This document shows, in pieces, positions 46,297-47,021 of a stretch of 47,021 nucleotides of DNA. Position 1 is the stretch's first letter; each line of letters opens with the position of its first letter. Below the pieces are notes generated by a model. It did not search any database, was not told the DNA's origin, and worked only from the letters and a program-made list of their open reading frames with translations. Both the position numbers and the translations under genes were made by a program. Location: positions 1-47,021 of the IMG/VR virus record IMGVR_UViG_3300037991_003683. One strand, written 5' to 3'. This DNA comes from a virus. Lineage: Duplodnaviria; Caudoviricetes.

Positions 46297-46533
46297 ATGT
46301 CAAAAGAAAATGTAATCAAAAGTAAAAGATTTGTAGTACGTAAGTCCTTGATAGGCAAGAACCAACTAATAGTATTCACTAATAAAAAAGGTGATGAAAT
46401 TAAGTACAACCACGATGTAGTATTTAATATAATGAAAGAAGGTTTAGAGAAACTCGCTTGCTGGGCAAAGTACAAGTCGTACACTGCAAGTAATAACATA
46501 CCTACGATACTAAGAGGTAAAGAGTTAGTTTAG
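46297..46533 (+). CDS. early protein, paralog B (KRFV.RKSLIGK family)
   Basis: 78 aa, homologous to 45329-45574. Confidence 0.8.
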   Translation: MSKENVIKSKRFVVRKSLIGKNQLIVFTNKKGDEIKYNHDVVFNIMKEGLEKLACWAKYKSYTASNNIPTILRGKELV

Positions 46534-46549
46534 TAGTTAGTTATGAGTC

Positions 46550-46600
46550 GAGGTAGTACTTATGAAGTACAGATTAGTAAGTACTATCTCCTCTCTTTTT
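46550..46600 (+). terminator. stem-loop, possible terminator or processing site
   Basis: GAGGTAGTACTTA (46550-62) pairs with TAAGTACTATCTC (46578-90), followed by CTCTCTTTTT. Confidence 0.55.
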
Positions 46601-46623
46601 AATCACACTTAAAATGTAATAAA

Positions 46624-46833
46624 ATGGATAAAATAATTAAAGAAACAAATAAAGTACTTAACTCAATAGGAGTTGTATTACTAACAGGAATAATACTAAT
46701 GTGTATATACTCAGTAGTAGGTTTAGTGTTAAATTTTTGGAACGAAACTACCTTTAACGCAGCACTAGTATTTACCACATCAATAATAATAGGTACACTA
46801 TCATACCTTTTACTAACTATAATAACAGAGTAA
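46624..46833 (+). CDS. two-TM early membrane protein
   Basis: 69 aa with two long hydrophobic helices. Confidence 0.7.
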   Translation: MDKIIKETNKVLNSIGVVLLTGIILMCIYSVVGLVLNFWNETTFNAALVFTTSIIIGTLSYLLLTIITE

Positions 46834-46834
46834 T

Positions 46835-47021
46835 ATGAGAGACTTTAAAATAACTAGAAAAAAAGGTGAGTGGTACAATGCTGTGGTAATAGACTCCTAT
46901 GGTAATAAGTATCAGAATTACTTTGAACAAGCACACGAAGCGAACGAGTGGATATACTATATATGGGAAAACGAAGAGTGGTTTAACTCTGTTGACCAAG
47001 ACGAATTACTCGCCGGTGCTA
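46835..47021 (+). CDS. Trp/Tyr-rich early protein (runs off window)
   Basis: Not in the track: MRDFKITRKKGEWYNAVVIDSYGNKYQNYFEQAHEANEWIYYIWENEEW..., open to the window end. Confidence 0.65.
   Translation, partial: MRDFKITRKKGEWYNAVVIDSYGNKYQNYFEQAHEANEWIYYIWENEEWFNSVDQDELLAGA

Noticed and set aside
46269-46999. Minus-strand ORFs 46269-46499 and 46817-46999
   Set aside because: They are antisense to better-supported plus-strand early genes.
1-47021. Stop-codon reassignment, introns/inteins, tRNAs, diversity-generating retroelement
   Set aside because: Core genes are intact in the standard code and TAG is used as a real stop. No interruption was seen in terL or the capsid gene, and no cloverleaf, reverse transcriptase or TR/VR pair was recognised by eye.

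Overview
This AT-rich window is part of a lytic dsDNA podovirus-like phage genome. The host is probably a marine Bacteroidetes (Flavobacteria), inferred from SD-less A/T-rich leaders, GCTD-repeat proteins and gene content. Bases 1-44786 form one minus-strand late region. In transcription order it holds: basic internal proteins, GroEL and GroES, a wHTH protein, a zincin, a 3TM holin, a tandem GroES-like protein, terminase, portal, scaffold, major capsid, two head-tail ring proteins, a 2843-aa nozzle with ~16 Cys-rich repeats, a cupin, three ejection-type proteins (241, 515 and 3335 aa), and an envelope operon (OM beta-barrel-like, thioredoxin-like, PAP2 phosphatase). After a GC-rich structured strand switch (~44.8-45.0 kb), small plus-strand early genes begin. 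Main observations: (1) five early genes are each preceded by an exactly spaced motif, CACAA-N2-TA-N3-AC-N-A-N8-AGATAATATA; (2) three late units share a different motif, GTAAA-N15-GTRAYNAT; (3) the 3335-aa protein looks like a self-processing polyprotein, with a zincin, a possible sigma-like segment, a WC module and a HAD phosphatase separated by recurring x-[FY]-S-[KRN] motifs. Together these suggest a virion-delivered transcription-takeover system, which is a hypothesis. All product calls come from visual motif recognition, not database searches.
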